Origin: Botryllus schlosseri
Lineage: Eukaryota
Direction: 5' to 3'
Assembly (NCBI GenBank): GCA_051294905.1
Contig: CM119371.1
Coordinates: 24,926,001 to 24,990,000 of the forward strand
Length of the DNA: 64,000 nucleotides
Position numbers and translations under genes: made by a program. The notes beneath the pieces are model-generated. The model was not told the origin of the DNA, did not search any database, and was given only the letters and a program-made list of their open reading frames with translations. Below, one piece after another: positions 1 through 14,639 of the stretch (position 1 is its first letter; each line of letters opens with the position of its first letter).

Positions 1-449
1 GTTGTTTTCTGCAATAAGTTCTGTGTCACAGAAGGGTGTCTTTCATAGAATAATTAGGTAATGAAATGGAAAGTTGCACATGACGTTACCACCAGCACGG
101 GTAGTATACTTCCTGGATTGCTGACAATTTTAGTGAAATTTTATGAGCAAACATTCATAAAAATCTTTATCACGAAGATAACCGAATGCAACAGACTCAA
201 ATTCATTAAGGATATACCAGTTCAATTACAAAACACCGTGATGCTTACCAGTATTCCCTACAGGAAATGCATTTCAAAAAGGTGCCAATTTCAATACATA
301 CTACCTGCAAAATAGAGTTTAGTTCAGTTACCGTATCATAATAAACTCAGGAAAGTCAAATTTGAGGATTGGGCAAAACAAATATTACCCCTTGTGATCC
401 ATGGTTTGTTGAAAAGATTGTTTGTTTGGCTGTGCTGTTATTGGGGCAA

Positions 450-1281
450 TTTTGTGGACCTAAAAATGGAAGATTTTGACCAAAAAATCAACATTCACAC
501 ATATTTTGACGATAAAAAACTTAATTTTGACCCCATGTACTTGAATTAGGTGTTTCTGATATAATGTTAGAATTGTACTACCGGTACTTATCTTTATTTC
601 TGGCTGGAGCTGTCTGTTCTTCCAAAGTAGTTTGACCTAAAAAATATCTTTTGGCAAGAAAACTGACAAATTTTTACATGAAGAAACCTTATTTTATCGA
701 AATCTAGACCCATGAAGAATTCCAGTATTAGTTACATCTCGTATTATGGTAGAAATAATTAAAACTTTGTTGTAGTATAACGAAAGATACTTTCCCACAT
801 TTTCGGGTAGAAAGTGTATGTCCTTACTAAGTAGCTTGGCAAGAATGGAGAAAAAACGTTCACCAGCAGCAGTTGTTGGCCGTCAACATTGAAGTTGTGG
901 GTACACTGCAGGTGACACACCGTGTTGCTTCAATGTGACAAAGTTGTCTACATCGCAATTTTTCATCATACGGTTTCTAATAGAAGAACCAATGCCCACG
1001 CAATCTTGCTTCAGTTAGGATACTTCAGTAGGCTACGTTGAGCATTTATTTCATTTGACAGTTTCTGATTCACAATGAGCAGACGATGGTCCGTCTACAA
1101 CGGTAGAGCTATAAAGTAGGCTACTAGATGTAAATTGTAAAATGATAAGTTCACCGACAGTGCAATCATCTATGATACAAACGAAATGCAAGTTGCCAAA
1201 AAAAATTTTGACTTTGTAAACAATTTTTGCAATTTTAACCTAACGGTACAATTTTGACAACATTTTGACCTATTTTGACAT
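450..1281 (+). repeat. Diverged interspersed repeat, copy 1 (unclassified)
   Basis: Colinear similarity to 44695-45418, e.g. AACGAAAGATACTTTCC, TGATTCACAATGAGCAGAC, CTATAAAGTAGGCTAC and AAGTTCACCGACAGTGCAA occur in both. Boundaries approximate. Confidence 0.75.
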
Positions 1282-2279
1282 GTCAAAAAAACTGTCTTAG
1301 TTAAAACCTTGCCACTTGGAATAAACAGTACAGTGTAAAATGTGTTGCAGTTGAAAAACCATCAAAACCGTTGCATGACTGTCATACCGGTATTCAATTG
1401 CTGAAATTGCAGTACTTGTCCACAATGGACCACAATATCGCCTACATAGGGATATTTCAGTGTGGATAGAGAGAACATCCCTTTATCTATACGTCAAAAA
1501 GTTAGTTGGATATCAGCTTCCCATCAGTACCGTAGTACTGGACCTGGTCGCAGCCTGTTATATTATCAGATTCCGAGCTCGATCATCCAGCAATAAGATC
1601 GGACGAATCATATACTAGAAAACTTCCAAAGAACATTCATATGAATAAGGGATATCAGTAGTCTACTAAAACATCTAAAACAAACGACCTTATTGCCATG
1701 TCAAAACGAGCTCATTTTATGACTATTCTCACATTACATATATTCAATAACATTTACCGCATTTCCATACCTTACAGTACACGGATGTTATGATCCTATA
1801 CGCCATCAGGTAGCAGAAACTGCTTCAATATATCCATTCCGCCAAGTCTGTTCGTGTACCCTACTCTCTGCCTGAAGCCTGACGAACCACCAATTCAAAT
1901 TCCAAACTGAAATCGAGCGTGCTCTACCGTAACGAAGGTGGTGACCCCTCTGCGTCACATGGAAATATGTATATTTTGTTCAAATATTACCCTTAAACTT
2001 GGTGGTTTGGTCAGTTGAATAATATTATTTTACATACACCGTGATTTTATGTGATCCCCGAACGTACCGATAGTTTATGAATGCGAAATTGATGATAAAT
2101 TACGGAGTATAAATTTTCTTGAAAGTAAGCCGCAGTGGCGAAGTGTTACATATAAACAGAGAAATACGCTGAAGTGTTGCGACGATAATGGCCCAATGCG
2201 TTCATATGCCCAAAAAGTGTGTCTGTACGCAGAATAAAGTGTTATGAAGTGTTCAATACGACCTTGCGGATTTAGAGTG

Positions 2280-5200
2280 CGGTGTTGAATATGTATCAAG
2301 TAGATAGTCATGTGAATGAGCCTTTGTTAATGTGTATATCGAAAATTATTATATATGATGGCATAGTTCAGTCGTGACAAATGACCGATCGTGTTCTAAG
2401 TATTTCCTCGCTATTGATTGCTAGCTGGATAATACTTTCAGTTCGGATTATTCGCACCTTCCGTACCGCTGTTTCGCACCTATAGAATAGTCTGCTGTTC
2501 ACAGTCACAACAAGAATCACAAGTATACACATTATACATTCATTGTATTTATTACTCTGAAATCAAACTCTTCACAAAAGCACGCACAATCGTATCATTA
2601 ACTTTTTTATCATCACCAAAATTATTCAAGTATTCCTTCAAAAAGGTGTGAAATAGGTTGCAAATCCCGCGATCGCTGACGATATAACACCTCAGACATA
2701 GCGATCACGCGCGACGTTATGTTACATACATACCGATTGCCACAAGGTAATATTTTGATAGTTTGGCACGGAACTGGATTTCACCGGTAAGATTTAATAA
2801 GTAACGAATAACAGAACTGCCACCGGTGGGACTTGAATACCAACAAATTGTCACTTATTTCTACTCTAACCGTAATCCTTTGCGAAGTTAACGCTCATTC
2901 GAAAAGGCGTGAAATAATTTTAAAATCCTACGACCGCTCACAGGATAATGCCTCAGACATTGCGACCCTCGTGATTTCGTGTTACAGAGATACCGATCAC
3001 TCACAAGGTAATATTTTGGTAATTAGCCCGTCACAGAACCGTCGTAGACGGCGATTCGTTTTCACACCTTGGAATAGCGATTGACTTTAGTCGAGGAACG
3101 AGAATCATGATAATACTCAATCGCGGTGGTATTTCGTCAACTTGAAACTCACTACAAAACTCAAGTTGAATCGTATCCGAATGCGTAAATTTATCACCTT
3201 GACATCAAGATAATATTATTCAAAAGTCCGTAAACATGGTACTGTCTTATATCAATAATATTAAGAATGTTGATCGCTTGATTGTCGGATTATTCACTCG
3301 TTGATTTGAAACAAACATTGAAACGCACAACTCTATCTGGTCTATAATTATTTTTTTACAACTGAGTTTCTGAAAATGCTATCATTATCACACCTCGAAA
3401 TTTTACCGTGTTAGAACACACAAGAGAGTCAAGCACAAAAACATTCACATGTGTTAAACCTAGTTTTCACTTATACTTGATTATATTACTAAAACTTGTA
3501 AACTATATTAATTCATCCTGGTGAACACGAATAGTGTTGCTCGCTTGTAATATTCACGTACTGATATGAATAATAACAACTCATGAGACCCTACAACTTT
3601 AATAACGAGCTGGTTACGAAACTGGAAAGGTAAACTCTATTCGTCTCAACATCTCAACATCTTACAACACTCGAAAGGGTCAATTACGAAACCACCGCCA
3701 AGTAAACCCGTTTGTAACTCACCCAATCAACTCAAACAGTATCAGTATGAAAACACCCAAGCATACACGAGTCCATACAATCACTAAAACCTAACGTCCG
3801 TAACAAGCTCGGCTGTATTCATATCCCTACGACGGGTCTTTTTTTTTCAACTGTAAAAGTCGTTACTATTTCGCAAGACAAAGTAATTACTACTCGATAT
3901 ATTTTGTAAGATAAAAGTAATTTCTACTCGGTGCAGGTGACTTGAGATTAACACATTACATTTAAGTATACGAGATTTGAATGTCTGACCAACGTAGTTG
4001 AGAATTCATTTCTTACAATCGAACGCTGGTGTTATATTCGAAGTTATCATGCTGTAAACATAAGGATTGACACATTGATTTGACATATGTTATAGTTGAT
4101 CATGACTTGAATATTAAATTATTTGCGTTAATTAGACACGGCGTTGTGGCAAATGTTATGACAGCAACAAACTTTTCAGTGCCATTGTTCTTAACATATT
4201 AAGTTGTGAAACTATACGTGTCTGAAATGTTCTTGATTGGAGAATTACTCCACCTCGATAAAAATCACTCTGCGCATCGCGATATCAGGAAATATTTTAC
4301 AAATGTAATTGTTTCCAGTAACCAAGACTAAAGATGAAACAGCAATATCGGTATTATTACATTCAACAACCAGTACAATTATTAAAATCTATCGTTTGCG
4401 ATAAACAACGCTAAAGATGCAATAATTCCATTATTCATACATTGAACATCCGATACAAAATGCTTTATTATCCCGATTCGCAACGGGTAATTGAAACGAC
4501 TAAGTGTAGAGTCAGTATATCACAATGACACGTCGTTACTATTGAATCCAGCAATTGATACGATTTATTGCCGGGATTTGTGACAGCGCATTGAAACATA
4601 CACAACTTACAGAGTGTGAAAATATCACTTTGGGTATCGAGTACCCTTTGAAGCGCGCAATCAATACATAATTCCAGTTGCACTCTCTAAGACATTGTGA
4701 AGTCTACGGATTTACACTTCAAGACTTTGATCAACACAGAAGCAATTTGGAATATCTTTACTGGACGCATCCTATTCAACTAGACTTGAGTATACGAAAA
4801 ACTCATAGCATTAACAAAATCGCAATAGGCGCTACACTGAAATTTACAAAATGTGTTTGTATTCTTGCTCAAAGTAGTGATCATGAATTATCATTTGAAT
4901 CTTCTAAAGTAATTGTAATCGTAAAACCAAACTTGCGAAAGTCATTACCATAACAAAAGAATATTGTAGGTTGCTTGCTAATTGTATGCCGGAAATATTT
5001 GTAGAACGCTCACGACCAAAGAAATCGGAAATTGTCATTCATCAAAGTAAATGTCGTCACAATACTCTGCCACTAAAAGACGTTACTCGTATGTGATTGA
5101 ATCGCCGGTAATTAACTCGCTAAATCAAACCCTAAGAAATTTCACTCACTCATCGGATATTAAACAGCGTCGCTTAATCGGTGTAGTTCGTTTTTTTCTA

Positions 5201-5951
5201 AATACAAATCATACCTAGCCAACAGAAAACAATTTTCACTCACTCGGTAATGAAAACAAGTGGTGGGTCTCCATTCGATATTTTGTTTGTGTCAAATACT
5301 TTGCAATGAACACATTTGAGTGGTTGAGCTTTACATCATCAAGCTGTCATTTTTAAATCAAGATTTCGGTCAACTTGTAAATGTATCATTTAACTAACCG
5401 ACATTTGGTGATTCGTGAACATACCAAACGATACACATCCACCTCCGATCTTAATTTCCATCATCGTAATAATCGAAGTACATTTCTTTCGAATTCGTAA
5501 CAACCGGCTTTTCTGTGACATGATAAATTTTTGACAAGTTATGCTTAGAAGATTGGTTGCATATCTCGAAAAATAATATACCGCTCATATTGATACTGTT
5601 ACTCGGTATTTTTCCCGTTGTCGATTTTCAAACGAGTAAAATTTATTACTTGAGTTTCTCCGCTTACTATATGTAAATGTAAACTCAGTCGTCTTTTAAC
5701 ATCACAAATACATTGATAAAAAGTAGGCAATCAAACGCTACAAGTTTAACTTTTGTAGGATGTGTATGATTACCCCACGCAACTCATTTCTTACCAAAGG
5801 TATATGAAATATATTCATGGTACACGAAAATACTCGATATTCCCATACTACGAACCTGTACAACGATTGGCGGTGCTTTCAACTGTTTCGATAACTCAAG
5901 AACTTTATTGTCTGAATGGATGTTCATGCATCTTAATAATCAAATAGTTCA
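2280..5951 (+). repeat. Left arm of the outer inverted repeat
   Basis: Pairs with 7257-9652 and 23011-24285, with scattered substitutions (e.g. ORF 5762 MYDYP vs ORF 7261-7446 MYDYS). Confidence 0.95.
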
Positions 5952-6859
5952 ACACAGAACTAGTATTAACAGAAACATCAGAGTTGTCTACACAAAAGTT
6001 TGTATGTGTACAGTATGCGAATACCATGTGTAAGTCCAGCACAATTGTGGTATACATCCGAGTTTAGTTAACACAAATTTATTACAACGGAGCCACGAAA
6101 ACTTTCGTGAAAGAAAAGCATACTCACTTCTGAGGGTTATGTCAATGCCATAGCAGTAAATCAAAAATATTCCTAACCCTTTGCACACCAGTGACAAATC
6201 ATACAACAAACATTTTTTGTGAGTCGAATTGTTGTTCAGCGTCAAGTCTACCTGTTGAATAGTGCATTAAAACAACACAGTCACAATTCAATTAAAACCA
6301 CGAATCTATTTTCATTTCGTCACAAACTGTCACATACAGAAAAAAAAAATTTCTTTCCCCAACGCATACTTGTGACCAATCGATTTCATTAAACACACAA
6401 CTCCATAAAAGTATTTACTTTCTACAACATAGACATTCCGATGTAGTCAAGAAATATTAAAACTGACACGACACGACTGAATGTAAGGGGATAGAAGTCT
6501 ATCGCATCGATTTACATGTGGTCTTCGCTACGGTTTCAAAAAACGAATCATCTATTTTGCATTGGTCGAGACCGAGCGAGCCAGTTACATGTATTCGCGG
6601 TAATGATTTTGCTTTTCATATGCGAATGATAGGTTTGCTACTCCGACAAATCAAATCAACAAACAACAACAATCTTCTGACGATCATAATAGCAATTTCA
6701 TTTGCCACCCCTTCGTAATTGTACACTCACGAAAAGTATATTGTACAACTCGGCAACTACGTTTAACAAGACCAATCACACTACCAGCGTTGAACACAAG
6801 ATACCTACCCAATTCAAAAATATCATACTGGTTTGGACAACTGACGTTTACCTGTGTAA

Positions 6860-7256
6860 AATTATCATTTTCACTTGGCGATCTATCCTTTCCTAGAGTA
6901 ACAAACCCTTGTCGTTTACAAATCTATTTTTTTTTCCTACAGCAAAAAACTATTTTCCCTTGGAAAAATACTTTTACGTAGAGTAACTAATCATTTTCTT
7001 TTGAAAATATATTTTCTCCCTGGGTAACAAACCCTTTTCGTTTGGAAAACTATCATTTACCTGAGTACCAATACCGTTTTCACTTGGCAGTCCGTCGTTT
7101 ACCTGGCTAAACATATCATTTTCACTTGGAAATCTATTTTTTCCCAGAGTAAGAAACCTTTTTCACTTGGAAATATATTTTTTCCCGGGTAACAAACCTT
7201 TTTCACTTGGAAATATATTTTTTCCCCGGGCAACAAACCTTTTTCGCTTGGAAATG
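6860..7256 (+). repeat. ~41-bp tandem array (TTTTCACTTGGAAATMTATTTTTTCCCNGGGTAACAAACC-like) in the outer element
   Basis: Repeated degenerate units; same unit as 14640-15075. Confidence 0.9.
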
Positions 7257-9652
7257 TGAACTATTTGATTATTGAGATGCATGAACATCCATTCAGACAA
7301 TAAAGTTCTTGAGTTATCGAAACAGTTGAAAGCACCGCCAATCGTTGTACAGGTTCGTAGTATGGAAATATCGAGTATTTTCGAGTACCATGAATATATT
7401 TCATATACCTTTGGTAAGAAATGAGTTGCGTGGAGTAATCATACACATCCTACAAAAGTTAAACTTGTAGCGTTTGATTGCCTACTTTTTATCAATGTAT
7501 TTGTGATGTTAAAAGACGACTGAGTTTACATTTACATATAGTAAGCGGAGAAACTCAAGTAATAAATTTTACTCGTTTGAAAATCGACAACGGGAAAAAT
7601 ACCGAGTAACAGTATCAATATGAGCGGTATATTATTTTTCGAGATATGCAACCAATCTTCTAAGCATAACTTGTCAAAAATTTATCATGTCACAGAAAAG
7701 CCGGTTGTTACGAATTCGAAAGAAATGTACTTCGATTATTACGATGATGGAAATTAAGATCGGAGGTGGATGTGTATCGTTTGGTATGTTCACGAATCAC
7801 CAAATGTCGGTTAGTTAAATGATACATTTACAAGTTGACCGAAATCTTGATTTAAAAATGACAGCTTGATGATGTAAAGCTCAACCACTCAAATGTGTTC
7901 ATTGCAAAGTATTTGACACAAACAAAATATCGAATGGAGACCCACCACTTGTTTTCATTACCGAGTGAGTGAAAATTGTTTTCTGTTGGCTAGGTATGAT
8001 TTGTATTTAGAAAAAAACAAACTACACCGATTAAGCGACGCTGTTTAATATCCGATGAGTGAGTGGAATTTCTTAGCGTTTGATTTAGCGAGTTAATAAC
8101 CGGCGATTCAATCACATACGAGTAACGTCTTTTAGTGGCAGAGTATTGTGACGACATTTACTTTGATGAATGACAATTTCCGATTTCTTTGGTCGTGAGC
8201 GTTCTACAAATATTTCCGGCATACAATTAGCAAGCAACCTACAATATTCTTTTGTTATGGTAATGACTTTCGCAAGTTTGGTTTTACGATTACAATTACT
8301 TTAGAAGATTCAAATGATAATTCATGATCACTACTTTGAGCAAGAATACAAACACATTTTGTAAATTTCAGTGTAGCGCCTATTGCGATTTTGTTAATGC
8401 TATGAGTTTTTCGTATACTCAAGTCTAGTTGAATAGGATGCGTCCAGTAAAGATATTCCAAATTGCTTCTGTGTTGATCAAAGTCTTGAAGTGTAAATCC
8501 GTAGACTTCACAATGTCTTAGAGAGTGCAACTGGAATTATGTATTGATTGCGCGCTTCAAAGGGTACTCGATACCCAAAGTGATATTTTCACACTCTGTA
8601 AGTTGTGTATGTTTCAATGCGCTGTCACAAATCCCGGCAATAAATCGTATCAATTGCTGGATTCAATAGTAACGACGTGTCATTGTGATATACTGACTCT
8701 ACACTTAGTCGTTTCAATTACCCGTTGCGAATCGGGATAATAAAGCATTTTGTATCGGATGTTCAATGTATGAATAATGGAATTATTGCATCTTTAGCGT
8801 TGTTTATCGCAAACGATAGATTTTAATAATTGTACTGGTTGTTGAATGTAATAATACCGATATTGCTGTTTCATCTTTAGTCTTGGTTACTGGAAACAAT
8901 TACATTTGTAAAATATTTCCTGATATCGCGATGCGCAGAGTGATTTTTATCGAGGTGGAGTAATTCTCCAATCAAGAACATTTCAGACACGTATAGTTTC
9001 ACAACTTAATATGTTAAGAACAATGGCACTGAAAAGTTTGTTGCTGTCATAACATTTGCCACAACGCCGTGTCTAATTAACGCAAATAATTTAATATTCA
9101 AGTCATGATCAACTATAACATATGTCAAATCAATGTGTCAATCCTTATGTTTACAGCATGATAACTTCGAATATAACACCAGCGTTCGATTGTAAGAAAT
9201 GAATTCTCAACTACGTTGGTCAGACATTCAAATCTCGTATACTCAAATGTAATGTGTTAATCTCAAGTCACCTGCACCGAGTAGAAATTACTTTTATCTT
9301 ACAAAATATATCGAGTAGTAATTACTTTGTCTTGCGAAATAGTAACGACTTTTACAGTTGAAAAAAAAGACCCGTCGTAGGGATATGAATACAGCCGAGC
9401 TTGTTACGGACTTAAGGTTTTAGTGATTGTATGGACTCGTGTATGCTTGGGTGTTTTCATACTGATACTGTTTGAGTTGATTGGGTGAGTTACAAACGGG
9501 TTTACTTGGCGGTGGTTTCGTAATTGACCCTTTCGAGTGTTGTAAGATGTTGAGATGTTGAGACGAATAGAGTTTACCTTTCCAGTTTCGTAACCAGCTC
9601 GTTATTAAAGTTGTAGGGTCTCATGAGTTGTTATTATTCATATCAGTACGTG
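7257..9652 (-). repeat. Outer right arm, proximal part
   Basis: Reverse complement of ~3555-5951. Confidence 0.95.
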
Positions 9653-9679
9653 AGTAGTAGTATAGATCGGTCGCGAACG

Positions 9680-9910
9680 GCTATTGTTTCTTATGGGCGC
9701 GGCGGCGAGCGGCTGGGAAAACTCGTGGTGGCGAGCGGCTCTTATTTCTTATGGGCGCGGCGGCGAGCGGCTATTGCGTCTTATGGGTGCGGCGGCAAGC
9801 GGCTCTTATTTCTTATGGGCGGGGTCGCAAGCGGCTGGGAAACCCGGGGTGGCAAGCGGCTTTTATGTCTTATGGGTGCGGTGGCGAGCGGCTATTGTGT
9901 CTTGTGGTCG
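9680..9910 (+). repeat. GC-rich subterminal tandem repeats (26-32 bp; TCTTATGGGYGCGGCGGCRAGCGGCT)
   Basis: TTATGGG at 9691, 9749, 9781, 9813 and 9870; mirrored at ~22747-22977. Confidence 0.9.
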
Positions 9911-12900
9911 CACGGTAACCCTTTTCAGTATAGGGATCGCTCGCACGCGGCTTCGTTGTTGGCATGTCGTACTCCGTGTTGAATATGTATCAAGTAAATA
10001 GTCATGTGATTGGTCCTTTGTTAATGTGTATATTCCAAATTACGGCGAGTACGACAATGATATATCGTTATTCTTATGGACGCGGCGATGATTCGTACTT
10101 TCGGGTATAGGCTGCGGGTGGAATGTCGTACTTTCAACAAAAAAGACGTGAAAATAGTTTGCAAAATCTAGGAATTACTCGCATGGTAATGTTTGGGTAA
10201 TTAGATTATCACAGAGCCAGCGTAGAAGGCGATTCGAATATCAACAATAACCACGCTCACAAACTAACACTTCAAAAAGATGTGAAATATTTGTAAAATC
10301 CTACGATCGCCCACAAGATAACACCTCAGACATAGTCATCTTTCACGACTTGGTGTCATAGCCATACCGATCACTCACGCGGTGAAATTTTCGTAAGCAG
10401 TTTGGCACAGAACTTGATTTCACTCGTAAGATTTAATAAGTAACGAATAACAGACCGCCAGTGTCGGTAACTTGAATAGCGACAAATTGTCACTTATTTC
10501 CGCTCTAACCCTAATCCTTTGTGAAGTGAACGCTTATTCAAAAGGGTGTGATATAATTTTAAAATCCAACGACCACTCACCGGATAATGCTTCAGACATA
10601 GCAATCCCTCATGCCCGCTCACAAGGTAATATTTCGGTAATTAGTTTGTCACAGATCCGTCGCAGACGGTGATTCGAAAACCAACAATTTGTCATTTGCC
10701 CGCGATCGCTATATGTTTCACGCCTCCGGAATAGTGGCTGACTTTAGTTGCGTGATAAGATCCATGAAAATATTCAATCAATGCGTTAGTTTGTCAACTT
10801 GAATTGAAACTCACTACACAAATCAAGTTGAATCGTATTTGAATGTATTGATTCGACCCAACTCAAATCCTTTGACAAATCCTATTAACGCGATCTGTTG
10901 AATCGAACGTAACCTGAATATTACTGACGCCAAAATTAGCCCGCATCGGATTATTCACACATTCCGCACCGCTGTTTTCACACCTATAGAATCAATACCA
11001 ACTAGCTCAATGAGAATCAGGAATAACAAGTATACAATAATTGTATTTAATACTGAGAAATCAAACGCTTAACAAAAACACGCAACTAATCATTTGCCAA
11101 CTCTAGCATTACCAAAAAAATTCAGGCATTGTCGATTGAAAATCCTTGAGTCCATATCAAAAATGTTATAGTGCGGTGTCGGAATCCATTCGCGGGATGT
11201 ACTAAAGGTAAATTCAGATAATCCAAAATGAAATATTTGGACTTTGACATAGTCTGAATTGAAATAAATTGACAAACATGACTACCAACTTTCAATCCAG
11301 TCATATTTAGAATTAGATTTGAAACAAGTAATGAAACCTTACAACTCTATTCACGACTGAGTTTTCCGTTTGTCCAATAGAGTTTCAGTAATTACTATCG
11401 CGATATTTTAATGTGTTACTACACACAATCGAGTCAGTCAATGAAATACCACCTGTTGTAAATATTTCTAACTTGACAACCACTTGTGCATACCACGATC
11501 TAGTTGCGACGCGCTGAGTTAAATCGGAATATTTCAATCTATTTGTCGAAACCTTGAACAAGTTGTCTGGTTATTTTTTTGTTGCAATTGAGTTAACGGA
11601 AATAGTATTACGTCTCGACATTTTAACATCTTACCATACTCCAAAAGAGTCAACAAGGAAAAACCTTGTCACGTAAATCCGATTGTAACTCACCCAATCA
11701 ACTCACCAGTATCCGTATGGAAAGTAGTCAAGATTACGCAAGTACATACAATCGCTACAATCTAAAATCCATAGCAAGTTCGGTTGTAGTCATATACCGC
11801 CAACTCGTCTTTTTTGTTCAACTGTGAAAGTAATTACTACTCGGTATACCGTGTAACATAAAGTAATTACTACTCGGTGCACGCAACTTGAGATTGCCAT
11901 ATGTTGAGAATATACGACATTTGAAAGTCTGACCAACGTAGTTAAGAATTCATTTCTCACGATCAAACGCAGGCGTTATCTTGAAAATTATCATGATGTA
12001 AACATAAGGATTGACACAGTGATTTGACATATGTAATAGTTGATCATGACTTGACTATTAAATTATTTGCGTTAATTAGACCCGGCGTTGTGGTAAAGAT
12101 TATTGTGACAGCAACAAACTTTTCAGTACCATTGTTATTAACATATTGAGTTGTAAACTATGTGTGTCTAAAATGTTCTCGATTGGAAAATTATTCAGCC
12201 TTGGTACAAACCACGCAGTGTATTGTGGATATCAGGAAATATTTTACAAATGTAATTGTCTGCAGTAAACAAGACTAAAGATGAAACAACAATTTCCTTT
12301 GTTGAACAATAACCGGTGCAATACCTTATTGTCGGTGAGAATTGAAACACTTTCGCGCATTACCTGGTGTCAAGATATCACACTAGGTGAATTGACATAC
12401 CACCATTTGATTAATGCTTAATCCGTTCGCGTCATTTCACACACACTTTGATCATTACAAAAAAACAAATTGGAATATGTTTGCTAGGCACCACCTATTC
12501 AACTATACTTGAGTAATACAGAAACCTCTCAGCATTAATAAAATCGAAATGTGCGCTACACTGAAATCTACAAAATGTGTTTGTATTGCTGTTCGTAGTA
12601 GTGATATCGATTTGAACCTCCATCATCTAACCAAACTACTGAGAGTCGTTGTCAATTTACATGACGTTCACTGATTACATACTAGAACTATTTGTGCAAC
12701 GCACACGATCAGAGAAATTGGACATTTTTCCATTGCCATTCGTCAAAGTAAATGTCGTCACAATAATCAGTCACTAAAAGACCATATACTTGTATGTGAT
12801 TGAATCGCCGACAATTAACTCGGTAAATCAAACCCCTGAGAAATTTCACTCAGTCATTGGATAGGAAACAGCGTCGCTTAATCGGTGTGAGTCGTTTTTT

Positions 12901-14639
12901 CTAAATACTAATCATATCTGTCCAGCCAAGAACAATTTTCACTCACTTGGGTAACGAAACCAGTGCCCAATATCAATACAAGATATTTTCGTCACACAAA
13001 AATAATCAACTTCACTCGATATTCCCGTACTACGAAACTGTACAAAGGTTACATGTTTTTGTATGACATGGAATTAATACCGATCGAAGTAACCGTATTG
13101 GAAATAACTTTTAAACAAACACACTCTACGTGGTTAACATTCTCGTCGATTCTATTGTGATTAATGTATACTTCATGTGATCTGGATTCATTTCGATATG
13201 GCTAAACATTCAACCTCGACGGATACGAATTGTCACACACTCAAGTAATATCATACCAAATAGTTATTTACAAGACACAGAAAATTTGTTATGGTCGTTT
13301 CGACTTTATTACTGGAGATACTCATCACTTCGCTTAATACAATCTAGATTTAAACTCCATCGAACCTTTGGTGTCTATCGTTTTGCTGGATACGAATTAT
13401 GTTAGTCTAAGAGTACACAATTTTCACTATCTTGGGTTATGAACTCAGTGTGTTAGCGATCATTCAATATTTTGTAGTATCAACTAGCTACTTCGTAGGA
13501 TACGAATGATCATCCTCACAACTCTTACAAAAGTACGAAGGATATTTACATCACACAAAGTAATCGACTTTACTCGATATCCTCACACTACGAAACTGAA
13601 TGGTTGGTTTGACTCTAGAAACTGTTCTGATGTCACAAGAACTTTTTCATACGAATGGTTACGTATCTAAATATTCAAATAATCCAACACACGACTATAG
13701 TACTTACAGAAATATCATAGTTCTTGTAACAAAGTTGTATAAGTATAATGTTTATCGTAAGTCCTACATAGCCATGATATCCGTCCGAGTTTGACTTTTA
13801 GAAAACATTATACTGACATCGCGACATCTTTCGAAATTAAAACCACGGTGACTGCTTCAGAGACCTACCAATGATATTGCAGTAATACAGTTACTTCCAC
13901 AAAAGAGTATGTATTCGACTTGCTTACCACAAATCTAACGCACAAAACAATTTATTTTACTAACGAGAAGCGCCGAGCCTCACATCAAAACAACTAGAAA
14001 GTGGAACTATATTAAAAAACGTCGCTAACCTTTGTGCACCAGCTGTAAATCACACAAGCAACATGTTTCAAGATTCTGGTTATTGAAAAACGTTAAAGTG
14101 TTTCTCCTGCACCAAGTCGTTATGTTGACGAAAGGGTATATTGTAATACCATGATCGATTTGCATTCGTTGGTCACAAACTGTCACTACTCTAAATAATT
14201 ATTTTTCACTCAAACACAAAAGCATACTCGTCGCCAATCGTTTTCATCAAGCACGAGTTCAAGAAGCTTACTTACTACGACATGAATTGTTATTTTTATG
14301 TTGTGTAAATAGGTAATAATTTATTTTAGTAACACTACATCAACATCATCGAGTTGTGCGAATAGATTTACATGTGGTTTTAATCGAAGTACACAGCACG
14401 GTCTAATGTAGATTCATCTCTATTGTACAGCAACTCGGTAATCGAAATGCATTAACATTTAAACAACGATCTTGGTTCGTCACGCGAAAAATATCTTTAC
14501 TGTCACAACACTCTGATACTCTGTACAAGATGTGTAAATCCTTTTCACACTCATAATAATACACTAACGGGATACCGACGTCAAGCAACAACGTTTAACA
14601 ACATCACTGACACTGAACATACGATACCTGCACAAGTAA

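Noticed and set aside
90..304. Two possible small minus-strand exons (~249-304 and ~90-121)
   Set aside because: Plausible splice sites, but short, unrecognisable and at the window edge.
9623..10001. GC-rich ORFs (also 22656-23031 and 24285-24581)
   Set aside because: Translations of subterminal tandem repeats; some cross the insertion junction.
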